DNA of 64,000 nucleotides from Daphnia carinata. Taxonomy: Eukaryota. Below, piece by piece: positions 27,831-40,500 of this stretch (the stretch's first letter is position 1; the number at the start of each line of letters is the position of its first letter). Where the stretch lies: assembly GCF_022539665.2 (NCBI RefSeq), contig NC_081331.1, positions 4,278,001 through 4,342,000 of the forward strand. Direction: 5' to 3'. The notes below the pieces were generated by a model that worked only from the letters and a program-made list of their open reading frames with translations, was not told the DNA's origin and ran no database searches. The position numbers and the translations under genes are program-made.

Positions 27831-30800
27831 CTAAGGTCGGCGAATAGCAACCGAATTACGGCGGTTTGATTTGCTCGGTGTTTGCGTTCTTTTGTCAACT
27901 TCGACGTGACAAACGCAGCTAGTTGGGAAGCGAAAAATGGCCATTGACGGACACTGGCCTGCCTGTCTCTTATCTTGATCAATTGAAATGAGCGGTTGGT
28001 AGCTATAGCGTTGAACGCAGCGCGACTTGCGACCACAGTCGGTGAATACTTTGCAAACGTCATCAACCCTGCGACAGACATCGATGGCGACCCGCTGAGG
28101 AAACTCCGGTGTTTGTATGATAATCCGCCAACGACCCAGACGATCCTGTGCCACATGCGGCTGGATGAAACGAAGTTCTGATTCACAAGCAGATTCCTTA
28201 CGGTATGCCGACCATGACCAAGGCAATAGATTTTTGCCGGTGCTGTTTCCTTCTTGGCCAGGACCTACGCCAGCAGGTTGATGGCTGTCTCCTAAAGCTT
28301 CGTAATCTTCGGGAACTTCAGCATACATGAGGTTCACTTGGTCGTGGCATCTATGCATCGTGTCGTCAACAACACTCCTAACACGTCATCAAAGAAATTA
28401 ATCAGAAAGGGAATGTGTTGACCTGATTACAATTATTCAATGGGGATCAATTAATTTATGCGTTTCGTTCGATCTTTCCACCCGAACTCATCGGAAACTC
28501 AGTCACCATGCAATCACGTCGTCTGCTGTTAATTGAATAGTGCAGCCAATCTGACGAAAAATAGCGCCACCCAAGACTTGGTCACATCGTCCCAATCACT
28601 TTACGACTAACTCAAGATATAGACGCCATTTGTCGTGTCATTAATTACCCAGAAAGAGATGAAAAAAAAAAAAACGTTCGCCAACGGTGCAATTTCGATG
28701 ACATTCTCAACTCGTCGATCATCCACTCAATTTTGTTGACGACGTGTGCAGCATTTACAGCGATGCCATTGAAATATGAAAAGCGAAATTTTGTTTTCTT
28801 CTCCTGATTTTTTTCGTAGTCTGCTGTAAGTGATAGCATGGCGGAGACGACGGCACACAACTCTCGGTGATTACTTTTTTCTTTGTTGAAAACTATTTAG
28901 TTAGACGAATCAGCCGTTATGATTCCTTTTCGACTGATAATAAATAAATGCTTATTCTACTACTTTCTCTAGGAATCCAGTCAATGCAAGATATCTATTC
29001 TATTCTAGATCGTCTAATTTGGTCGAGTGCCTTCAAGTTGCTGTAGCAACTGAGGGGGGGGGGAGCTAGATAAATTTCGACGGCGTGCTCGAATGGCGGC
29101 CACCTATTCCGTCAAGGCCATTCGATCCTGGCAGACAACTTAGTCATCTCATCAAATCTACCTATAGTCAGCTCATCGTTGAGTTCGCTAGCTCACAGTT
29201 AATGAGTGAGAAGACGATTACATTTTTTGTGAAACAAACTAGTAGAAAAAATTTTGGAACAATAAAAACTTAGTGTGCGTCTCCCAGAAACAAGTTCATT
29301 GTTGGAAAAGCCATGCAACTTCATCGTTGGAGACCAAACTTCTAGACAACGTCAACGTGCCTGCAGTTCTCACATCACCGGTTGGGTAAGTGAACAATGC
29401 CCATATCTTTTTATTTTATTGCTCGACATTTTCCCGTTTCTTGGCTGTTGCGTCGTGCACGTTTTTTTTTTTTATCTTTTGAGCGAACTTTTTTGGGGGG
29501 GTTTTCTGCCATTTTGTATGTCGAGGGCGCGCCATTTTTCGACTTTCTTTTGTCTAAAGGGATGTGGCTTCGGTATTGTTACGACTTTTATCGATTGACT
29601 TTTAAGATCCCCCCGTTGGGAGATTAAAAATCTTCTATAACCCCATATGTCTACCTCAGCATAAAAAAAATGCTCTTTCGTTCGATCCCACTCCACACTG
29701 TTATTGACGCTGGCAAAAAGCTTAAGCATGTATTAGTCTGCGTCTAAGATGTCCCTGCGACGCTTGGGGCCATCTGCGTACACGTTTTTATTGTTACGTG
29801 ATCTAAGTCTAGCTGTAGTTCTTCAGCCACCTCACAGACCCGTAGCTATATAATTCGGTGCCCGACTGACGGCAATTGTTGACCGAGCTCTGTGGCGTCA
29901 GATTTCCCAGTTCTCAGCTCGTGCTGACACTTATTGACACTCATTGCCTTTGCCTGATCCAAAGGGACCTCCCTTTTTTTTTTCCTCTTCTTTTTTTCGA
30001 TGTACTCTCATCTGGAATTGTTGAAGTAGTGGTGACACTCAAACTGCTTTTTTTGTATTGACTTACCTTGGATATTTTTCCGTAGCAGCGCAGAAACCGA
30101 GATCGTTACCAGCTCCGCAGTCGATCACGTTTTCACTGTGACTAGAGGCGCTGGCTGCGCTATCTCGATGAATCGTGCTAATCGTCTTGCCTTGACGCAA
30201 GAAATGACGTTGTTGATGATGTTGGTGTTGAAGCGTGTTACTTGATAGGGCAAACTGAGCAGGCAAAAGAACTGGCGGTGTCGGCTGACTCGCTGCAATT
30301 TGCTGTGCCGGAGGTGGACCTGGTAGACTGGGAACGATAATGGGCTGTTGAAATGCTTTTTGAACCTGTTGTTGCTGCTGAGGCGGTTGTTGCTGCTGAG
30401 GCGGTTGTTGTTGCTGTTGAGGCGGTTGTTGTTGCTGAGGCGGCTGTTGAAATTGTTGTTGAATCTGAGTTGGGTGCGGCTGGAGGGGAATGTTACCAAT
30501 CGGAAGAATGTTGGGCACCAGGTTGTTGTTGCTATTGAACGGCTGCGGAGGCTGGAAAGAGATGGACGGTGTAAAACCACTAGCGACTGGAGTTAATTGC
30601 GGTTGTTGCTGGACCGGTAAGGCTTGAAAATTCTGATCGCCAGGCTGTGAAATTTGATGCGGTTGCTGTTGTTGTGGCGGTCCTGCGAACTGGCCAGCAT
30701 GTTGTTGTTGTTGAACGAACTGCGTTCCAATCGGCTGCGACTGTGCAAATTGCTGCTGTAGCGGAGCACCTGTTTTGTTTGTTTTCGTCATTAGCAAAAA

Positions 30801-32768
30801 AAACTCGAAATGAATAAGGTGGATGCATTTTTTGAGAAAGCGAAGAATGTCAGCCGCCTTATTTCTAGAAACGGTTTTTATTTGAAAGTTTCACCATTAT
30901 CACGTGTGCATGCACACACATAGAACCTCTTTTTAATTGAACAAGAATTCTTGAAAAATTTTCTTCCTTTTTTAAATTCATTTTTAAACGGCAAAAATTT
31001 CTATTTTGCGTTCTTTAATTCATTGTTGAGCCTCTGCGATGTTACGGTCTAGAAAATGCTCAACCCCTCGTAATTACGGCATCTCAGTGAGCGAACAGAC
31101 GCTCGTCAGTTGGTGATTTACTTCCATTTTCTCTTTTCCGTTTTTTGTGTGGTTTTTTTTTTTTTTTTTTTTTAAATGTAATTGATGGGTTAGAGAAAAA
31201 AAATTGAGTTGCGTATCATTTTGAGCTTTAATAACGGTGTAAGATTACATGGTTTGAACAGCCAATATCGCACCCGTCCCCTCTTGAAAAAAAGAACTTT
31301 CACGTTGATCAGCCGATTCACGAAATGACTTTCTTTCGGCGGTCATAGATTATTTGATTCGCTCTGGCGTTGATTGAACCCTGTAGGCTAGATAGCTTCC
31401 TACGTTTAAAAAATGATCTGCTTTCGCGCATGAATTTTTTTTTTTCTTCCATCCATCTCTCGATCGACCCGATTAAAAAAAAAAAAAATCCAATCGTAAT
31501 CGTCGCCCGTGTAATGGGATGCCAACGAAGCGTGTTGCATTCCTCATGTTATCTAGAATAAGAGGCCTACATCACGAGCGGTTGTCTCGTTCCGAAAAGC
31601 CCGAACCGATTGAAAACACGAAATCCGTGTAAAAAAATTGTAATCTTAATTTTAGAGGCGTTTTTTTTATTCTAAAGATACGCCTTCTCGTTGGAAAGAA
31701 AAATTGTTTGACATGTCAGGGAACTTTGCTTTCATGACTACTTCTCCCGTGTCTATATGCGTCGTATTGAGGTCAAACTGGGCCGTTTTCTCCTCAATGC
31801 CGTCATTTTTGACTGTTTCTTCCTGGATCCGGATGCCGTAGGGCACCGTGTCATCTCTCATTCGTCTTTACAAGCCACTGATTTTTTTTTTTTTCTTCTT
31901 CGTTTTATCTTTTTTGGTTATTCTATTTTTTTTTTTTTTTTTTTTTAATAATAACGGGAGGGGGTGTTTACCTTGTGCGTTTGGAACGAAAGCGTTGAAA
32001 GGCTGGCCGGGTGGTGGCTGTTGGAAGACCGGCGGAGGCACCTGGAGAAAATGATTGGGTCCACCGCTGACCGGTGAAAGTTGTCCACCACCTACGAGGC
32101 TAAATTGCGGATTCGACGAAAAGGCGGGAGATGGTGGCGGAGGAGGCGGCGGCGGCACCTGATTTTGTGGCTGCCTTTGCTGGCGGAAAAGGTTCGACAG
32201 CGAAAAGGGATTGTTGAGTCCGCCAAATAAGTTGGGAAAGCGCAGGCCCCCGCCTGTTTGTTCCTGGCATTGGCTACCGTCCAACAGGATGAGTCCGACG
32301 GCCACGTAGAACAGCAGCACCGACGCAATCTGGCCGTAACATAAAGAAAAGTACACGCACGCGATGAGAATTATAGGCCGGGGGCACACGTGAAAGCGGC
32401 TCAGACAGCATAACCTCGTTCGGTTCCTGTTCTTTTAGTTCAAAGTTATGCATCTGGGTGATTGTTTAGCCTATTTGGCAACGCTTCCTCTTCTTCTTCA
32501 ATTTTGTTCCATTTTATTTTATTTTTTTTTTTTTTTTTACTACTTTATCTACACCTTTTTTATTCCTGTGCCGAAAATAATGTTCGAGGAAAAATGCAGA
32601 ACGTGCGAGACGCTTTCGCAAAGTCGATGAACTCTCGATTGATTTCTCTTGGCTACAATTTGAAAATGTTTAATATTTTTTTTAAATCGTTTTTCTACGT
32701 AGGGAAAAGTGTGAGGCTCTTTGTCGCGTGAAACTGAAGCTTACCGTGAAGTTGCTTTTTGCGTGCAT
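27831..32768 (-). CDS. Spaetzle-family cystine-knot secreted ligand with long Gln/Pro-rich prodomain, about 543 aa (spz-A)
   Basis: Exons on the minus strand: 32768-32745 (MHAKSNFT|gtaagc), 32329-31972 (signal peptide IASVLLFYVAVGLILLDGSQC), 30769-30067 (Q/P-rich, ending CGAGNDLGFCAATEKYPR) and 28377-27831. They total 1632 nt with matching phases. The C-terminal knot reads SACESELRFIQPHVAQDRLGRWRIIIQTPEFPQRVAIDVC...C...C...SRCVQRYSYQPLISID...C...FRFPTSCVC, the spaetzle pattern. The first exon is the least certain. Confidence 0.9.
30365..30450 (-). repeat. Coding repeat (PPQQQQ)n in the spz-A prodomain
   Basis: Plus-strand units such as gaggcggttgttgctgct recur about 4 times. Confidence 0.9.
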
Positions 32769-35723
32769 TATTTGATGCCGTGCGCCAAATCCAGTTTTTT
32801 TTTTCACTGGTCCTTCTGTTTTGTCGATGGATTGCCCGAATGCACAAAGTTTTGGGGAAGCGTAAACTTTAATCTAAAAAAAAAAAAGAACCGGACGTTT
32901 TTAAATCCTTTTTTTTTTTTTTTTTCGCGCGATGCACAACGTTCCGCCGCCACTGAAACAACGAGTTTGGACGGGCGCGTTACGGCGGCCCTTCTAGTCA
33001 CGCAAAACAAGAAGAACAGCTAACACAGATAGACACGGACGCACACACGCAACGGCCGTAAGGGACTGGTAGCTGAGCTACTCAATTGTAGTGAAGGATA
33101 ACTTTTTTTTTTTTTCTTGTGTTTGTGTTTTTGAGATTGACAATACGAGTATCGACTACTTGAGGGAAACTGGGATGAAAATAAAGTGCTCTTTGAGCGG
33201 ATATCCGAGAATGAAAGCGGATGTCACGTCGTCAAACGCTGACAGCGACAAATCCCGATGGTGTTTCGTCCGCAACTGAGCACACCAAGGACGCAAGGCC
33301 GTTTTCGGAATGGAGCAAGGGGAGGGAAGACACAACAGAGCTCCCGAGGATTTCAACAAAAAAAGAGGGCCAAAGAAAAAAAAAAACAAAACACGGAGAG
33401 TATACCAATTTCCTTCTTTTCTCTTCCCGAGTTGTTTGTCGGATGAAGAGAAAAGAAAAGAAAAGAAAAGCCGGGGGAGCCTTAGCGGGAAAGAAAAAAA
33501 TAAATGCGGATTCGTTGGCTGCGTGATTAAACCACTCCTCACAGGGGAAGGCTTCACGCACGCACTCTCGGAGAGCTGGTGACTCGATCCGTGTCCAACT
33601 CCAATGGGAACTAAACAACTCTCTCTTCTTCGTCTACTCTTTCTCTTGTGCTCTTTACCTCTCGTCTGTTTCTTGTGTGATATCCCACGAAGAAAAAGAA
33701 AATGCTTTGCCGGAGAGCAATAACGAAGGAAAAGAAGAAAATGAAAAGAGGACGGCCTTCCGGTTTTTTTTGTTGTGTACGTGTCAAAAAAAAAAAAAAA
33801 AGGAGAGCCGGCGTTAAGTCATTCTTTTTTTTAGGCCTACTGCTTCTTCTTTTTTTTTTTCATTTTTGTTGGAAGGAGTGGGGGGCTGGCGTTATTTAAA
33901 AAAAAAAAAAAAGGAGGGGAGGGGGGCTATTGTAGCAAGTAGGTTAACGGCCATGTATCACGTCATGCGACCTCAAGAACTTCCGCGTGACGGATCATTT
34001 TCGTTCTCCGTCATCCAATTTTCGGTGTAACCAACGAAAGAAAATCGGTATACTTAAATTTTTTTGGGGGGGAAAACTTGACCGTAGCGATAACGTCATC
34101 TTGTCTAAAAGATCTAAGATCTGACTCTTGTTTTCCTTTTTTGTTTTCCGCTCGATTATTTTCTCCTTCGAACGAGAAAAAAAAATGCTCGGTATTTTTT
34201 TTTCTTTACGGCGGAGGTTCTTTTTTTTTTCTAACGTTTTGTATTATACCCCCCACCCACCTGCTGTTTCATCTAAAAGGTGATGATGAGGAAAATATGA
34301 TTTAAAAAAAAAAAAGCGGAAAAAAAAAAATAAATGAAAAACGATTTATGGTAACTCTCCAACTTTCACTAGAGGCGCAGTACGTTTCTGGCGGTTGATT
34401 TCTCTTCATCATTGTGCGTTATATGCCCCAAGTGAAAGTTACGAGGCCTTCCACCTATCGTAGAAAGAAGAGCGCATTTATCTTAAATGGAATTTTGGCT
34501 TTTTTTTTTTTTTTTTGAAAGGGTGGTCCGTTTGCGTCCCGTCTCCAACCACTTCTAACACGTAGACATTTTTTTTTTTGTGTGTACATATCTCCTCATT
34601 GGTTGTGCGTAAATACAAATAATGAAAGGTAGGAAGAGAAAATCAAGGCGTTGCGAATGGTTGGAGAAAGCGCAGACGTTCGTTACGAGACTTTTATTTA
34701 TTATTATTTTTTTTTATCTCGTCTTTTTGTGGGTGACATCACACGTCTAGTTTGGCTCTCTTTTAACGGCCAATAAGCACAAAGTATTTGACCGAGTCTG
34801 ATTTTTGACAAAACTCGAGTTGCGTGAAGAGAGAGGGGGAAGCCCGTTTGGTTTGGCGATGATATCAGCGACTTGAAACGGATGGGATCATTGTGTCCCA
34901 CTTGGCCCGGTTTTTTTTTTATTTTATTATTATTTTACTGCGAACTGGAGAGTCGGTCAGTATGTTTTTTTCCCATGGAAAGACAACCTTCCTCAAGGTT
35001 GGCCCGGCAGGAGAAAAAAAGAAATGGGTGGGTTTGTTTGAAAATGCCTCCTCCCTCCAGGCTATAAACATGTTATAGCTTTCTCTCTCTCTCCTCCTAC
35101 TCCACCTTTCCTACTCCACTTCCTCCACCTTGCGTCCGGTTTTTTTCTTATTATCTAAAGAAATAAAGAAAAGCTTTGCTTTGTATTTTTTCGGTCACCT
35201 GTTTGGCTTAGCCTTAAAATCTTTTTTTTTTTTTTTTTTTGCCTTTTAAAAAACGCACTTTGTTTGTTTTCAAAATCGAGTTATCTTTCTGTCGAATTGT
35301 ATTCCTTTCTTTTAAATGGATAACACACGCGAAAGAAGAAAAGCGTACGTGCGCTATCGACGCAGGAATCCAGCTGCATCACAAAACAAAAACATGTAAA
35401 CACAAAACAATGAAGCACTCATTTAACAAAAGAATTGAAAACAGGAAATTAGAAATTAAGGTGAGCGGGGGGGGGGGAGAAACAAACGGTGGAAGAGTTG
35501 CGCGAAATGTTGTTCCATGTTTAGACAGTTTGTGAATGAAAAGGCCTCCATGTTAAATCACGTTTCTTTCTTTTCGCGTGACCGTAATGAGCCTCGTCTT
35601 ACGACCACCCCATTAAAAAAATTTTTTTTTTTTTGCGCAATGAACGGATCTAAACTATTTTGAAAATGATGAAACGCTTTAGAAAAAAAAACATGCAGAT
35701 TTTGGAATGGCGTGCAGCAACGT

Positions 35724-37520
35724 TTAGCGACGGCCTCCTCGTGGCCGTATCCGTTCGCCGTAGTTGTCGGCCTGATCCGTTGGCTGGAACGATGCGTCCT
35801 CTTGCTGGTAAATGTCCAGCTGGGGCGCTTCGGACGGAGCGATGTTTGCGTAGGCATCTTGATGAAAGATGGGATCATTGAAAAATTCCGCCAATTCCGG
35901 ATCTTGATGTTGGTAATTGTCGATTTGCTGGGCGTTTTCCAACGCTGGCTGCTCGACGTATTGGACGATTTCTTGTTGAATCTCGCCGCTGGATGAGCCG
36001 GAATAACCTGTTGGTTCTGTCGGACCATAGGCTGCTTCTTCAACGGGCACCGTTTCAATTTCAGCTACAGCATGAGATTCCGGACCGGAGTAAACAGGGA
36101 CGGAAGAGGCTTCCGAATAAGACTGAGATTCGCTGGAACCAATGTCAGACGATCCAGAGCCGTAATTGAATTCCGGGGCGGATACTTCTTGAATAGCGAA
36201 ATTGGCTTTTGGCAGATCGGGTACAGTTTCCAGTTGAGAATACGCGGGGACGACGGACTCGGAAAAGGATTGCGGAGCGGAGTAGTCTGAAGGAGATTGG
36301 GCCAGTGCGGAATCTACTGGACCCGGCTGCGAATAAGTTGGGGCAGGTTCAGAGTAAACAGGTTCGTTTTGTTCGGGGTAAACGGGAGCTGGTTGAGAAT
36401 AAACGGGCTCCGATTGTTGGGGGTAGGCGGGCTCGGGTTGTTGGTTGTACGCGGGCTCGGGTTGTTGGTTGTATACGGGTTCGGGTTGTTGGTTGTATAC
36501 GGGTTCGGGTTGTTGGTTGTACACGGGTTCGGGTTGCTGGTTGTACACGGGTTCGGGTTGCTGGTTATACACGGGTTCGGGTTGTTGGTTGTAAACGGGC
36601 GCAGATTGAGGCGGGTAGGCGGATTCGGGTTGTTGAGAGTAAACGGGCTCGGGTTGAGAATAAAGAGGAGCCGGTGGAGTGTAAACTGGAGCCGAATAGG
36701 GCGCTGGAGCGTATTGAGCAGGAGCGTAGTAAGGCAGACGGGGAGCTGGTGGCAGGAAGGAAGGAAACGGAGGCCGGGCGACTTTGTAGAAATGCTTGCA
36801 TTTACCCTTGGGTGGGCAATGTCCTACCCACGGATAAGTGGCACTAGGTCCGGCTTGTAAGATGATCACCTTTTGCGGAACTGGATACGAATGGCCCTTT
36901 TGCTTCTTCTTGCCAGCGTCGACGAGCGCCAGGGACGCCAAAAGCGCCAAACAAAGCAACAAAGATATCACCTGTCGTAAAAGAAAAAAAAAAGAAATGT
37001 CGCCAAAATTAATCATCTAAATGCTTACCAACAATTCGAAAAAAAGAAAAATGAGCGTTGGTTTGTTTTGTCCCTTCACGGTTGTAACTGGAAGTAACAC
37101 GTTAGGAAACAAACGGCTGTCCGGCTTGACCCACTCGATTTATCGTTTCTCCTTCGTTTCAACAGCAATTGTTACGCGTAACAATGCGCGTCACAAACTT
37201 AATCTTTTAAGGTCGTGTTCGGAGGTTTTTTTTTTGTTTTGTTTTGTTTTGAAAATTTAAACGACGATCGCTTTATGCTTTAAAACGCCTTTAAGGAAGA
37301 GAGAGGCGTTCCACTCGATTGCACGTCCTCATCTTTCATTCGTTATGATCGACTTGAGTCACGTCACACGAAGCGAAACTTTCTCCAAACTTCACCTGCC
37401 CGCTAGGCTAATATGATAATTTTTTTTGTTTTTTGCCCATCCTTCCCAGGGTATTCAAACGCATTACGCGCAAAATGGAGAGAAAGCGGATGATGGGTCA
37501 GAAAATGGGCTGCTCACCAT
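35724..37520 (-). CDS. Secreted Pro/Tyr/Gln/Glu-rich low-complexity tandem-repeat protein (cuticle/extracellular structural type), about 416 aa
   Basis: ATG at 37520-37518 is followed directly by a gtgagc donor. The acceptor cag at 36974-36972 opens a single 1248-nt exon running to the stop at 35724. Signal peptide MVISLLLCLALLASLALVDA, then a basic GKKKQKGH...CPPKGKC segment, YAPAPYSAP-type motifs, QQPEPVYN repeats and an acidic C-terminal part. Confidence 0.85.
36410..36660 (-). repeat. Coding 24-nt tandem minisatellite encoding (QQPEPVYN)n
   Basis: The plus-strand unit gggttcgggttgttggttgtatac recurs with small variants. The translation shows about 7 near-perfect and several degenerate 8-aa units. 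Confidence 0.95.
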
Positions 37521-40500
37521 TCTTGTGTTCTCTTCCAACAACAACGAACTTTGGCAATTGATTAAATTCCTTTTTTTTTGTCGTCGTGGACGTATTACCT
37601 GATGTTGTAACCTTCTTTCTGTTGGTTTCACCGTCCCCCCCCCCTCTTCAAGAAGATGGGGCAGTTGAAGAGTGAGGGGGGGGGGAATGAATAATTAGAG
37701 GGGGGTTCTTCGTTTCCTGAATTATTTTGTTTGTTTGTTTTTTCTACTAGGAGAAGACGAAAGAAATTGCGTTTCTCTTTGTGGTAAAAAATGGCAGTTG
37801 TTTACTAGGTCAGTTGTTTAGCCATAATTTAAATAATCTAGTATGGATCTCTACTTGAAATGAATTGCTTTCGTATGGTAATCCAAAGCGGAATGTTTTT
37901 GCTTTAAGACCCGAGCGTTCGCTAATGTCTTTGCCCTTTTGAAATCTTGTTAGGGAAACCGCAAAATGTTTTCGTACTGTATTTTTTTTTTTTTTTTTTT
38001 TTACGTTCTTCTATTATGTCCGTCTGTGGTTGACAGTTGCGCACAGCTGGAAGAAGGATGCTTTCACGTTGGCATCCCGTACGTCAGGATTAGTGTAATC
38101 TTACCAACGTCCCCAATGTCTCTGGCATTCGGCCCCCATCCACTTCAAACACAAATTACGAACAATTCCCAAGCGTTTTTTTAAACACAAAATGTGGGGG
38201 TGTCAAAACTAAGATGTGGGTTTAAAAAAACAAAACAAAATCAACTTACCCTTGCCATGATTGGCTATTTTGTTTGTATTTTTCTTCTTCAATGAAAACT
38301 GACTGGGATTCTTCAACGAATAATTCTCTTGGAATCCTTTGCGATAAATGTAGATGGAACGAGTTTTTTTTTGTTTTGTTTTTTTTAGATAAACGCTAGC
38401 GGAAATGTTATTTTTTTTCTTCTTCTTGTTATCGAATGTATTGGCTTTAGCGTCCGAAACAAGAGACACCGTTGTTTAAAATGACGCCAGTTCTTGGCCG
38501 GCCGACCGTTTTTATACCAAGACCTCATTTCGCTCTCTCTCTTTTTTCTGTTCGTCTTCATTTCCCTCCTCTCGCCGAGCTGGCCCCCTGACAACGGGCT
38601 GCTCCATTGGACATGCCCCCTTCCAAGTTGCCTACTTCACCGAGGGCTGTTACCAACCACATAAGGGAGGGTTACCTGTTGGCTTTTATCAGCGTCCGAA
38701 ACAAAAACAAAAACAAAAAAATGCGCCAACTGAAAGAAGAAGACCACACTATTTGGCGAGAGACTATCGTGAATTGGAAATCGACCAAGTGCAATAATAA
38801 CATCACCGCAAACAGATGAGAGAAAGAAAAAAAACAAAAAAAACAGGGTGATGTGTAACATGTCGCGGGGTAGAAAAATGGACGAGAAAATGTGCAAACT
38901 TAAAATCGGGGAATTTTTTATGGAGGAAAAACAAAATAAATAAAAAAAAAAAGAGGAATTTTTTTGGAAAACCGCTCAAATATGTGGGTGACGCAATGCG
39001 TCCTTCTCTCTGAGACGATTTGCATCGGAGAAAATGGTCTTGAAGGGGAAAAGTTTCCTCTTTCTCTTTCTTCTTTAGGGTCTATTTTTTTGTGTGTGTG
39101 TGTGGGGGGGGGGGGGGATTGAGAGAAAGGCAACTTGGCAGCACGGCTAAGCCGTTTTCGTGTGACTAGAAAATTTGGCTTGCAGGTCGGTCTCTGAAAT
39201 TATTCAAAATTCTTCCACTGTCCCGCTGACTCTTGTAGCGCTAATAACGATCACGATACATTAGTGTACTCGATCTTTCCCCAACTAGAATCGAATCGCC
39301 TTTAACCAAAACAAATCCACTCAACACGGAATCTATCCATCAATTTTTGTATTGTTTTTTTTTATGTTTGTCTGACCAGGCGGCCGGCGTAAATGCTTTA
39401 AATGTATTTTTACACGCTGTTGGACCAAGGTCCCTCCTTTTTTTTCTTATTCATTGAGTATTTTGTTTTCGTACCCGGTGTGACCGATTTGCTCTATCCG
39501 TACAAACGATTGCGTTTATATTCTACTTTTTTCTATTTCGTGTGTTCCGTCCGTGCGACTCGAGTGGCCCGGCCAACACGCACAGGGTCCTACTTCTTTT
39601 GTTATATCCTGGTTGTAATGATATCGACCGAGATGCATCCGATGATGTATCGCATTCTTTTTTTTTTTTTTTTTTTCTTTTTTTTTATTAGAAACAAACC
39701 AAGAAAAAGTTTGTCTTTAAAACTTTCTCCGTCCTCTACTGTCGATACGTAAACACTCGTCATTGCCCAATAAGGTGTAGGAAGTCGATCTAAAATCATT
39801 AGAGCGGCAATTTTCTTATAGATTATTATGTCGGCGCGGCGCGGTCGGCGGTTACGGTGTTTACGCATGCGAGATATGGCGGCGATATACATCTCTATCG
39901 TAATGAGTCTCTCTCTCTCTCTCTCTCCCCCTCTCTTCGGGAATCTTACACAGGCAGGGGGGGGGGGGATAAAGAACAGTTGGGGTGGAACAAGAACGCG
40001 ATCGAGCCTGAACTTCACGAACATCTTCTCTTTTCCGTCTCCACTATATCACTACTTTCTTTTCTGTATACATTTTTTTTTTTTCGCTTTATTGGCTTTT
40101 TATTTGGGATTTTGTTTTTGTTTATCTCGTTTGATCGGATTGCGTTATTTCTAATGTTTTAATTTTATTTCTTGGCTTCAACTTTTTTTTTTCTTTTCAA
40201 ATTTGAATGTGGATTTGAAGGCGGGTGTGACTCTATTTCCAAGATTATTGTGATTTTTCCCTACCTATATTTCTCGGAACCCTTTCCCGGCGGGAACGCC
40301 GGCTTTTCAAGTGTGTCGCTACCGTCGCACATATAAAGCGTGAAATAGGGAGATTAACCCAAAGCCTCGGGTCTCTTATTTTTCTGGCCAGTATATATAA
40401 CGCGTACCCTCGACGCCTAGATTTCCCGCCCTGCGTGTTGCTTGACTCTATATTTGACAAGGCTGAGTAACGTGGCCCCCGCTCCGCCGCTGGCCAGCCG

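Noticed and set aside
29840..29900. TATA-like element in spz-A intron 3 as an internal promoter for a knot-only isoform
   Set aside because: I found no phase-2 compatible start or signal-peptide exon between it and the last exon.
36410..36660. Regular repeat array considered as CRISPR-like
   Set aside because: The units are contiguous with no unique spacers, lie in frame within a eukaryotic exon, and no cas genes are present.
36209..36860. Long + strand ORFs (212 and 187 aa) with repeats
   Set aside because: Antisense shadows of the 24-nt coding minisatellite.
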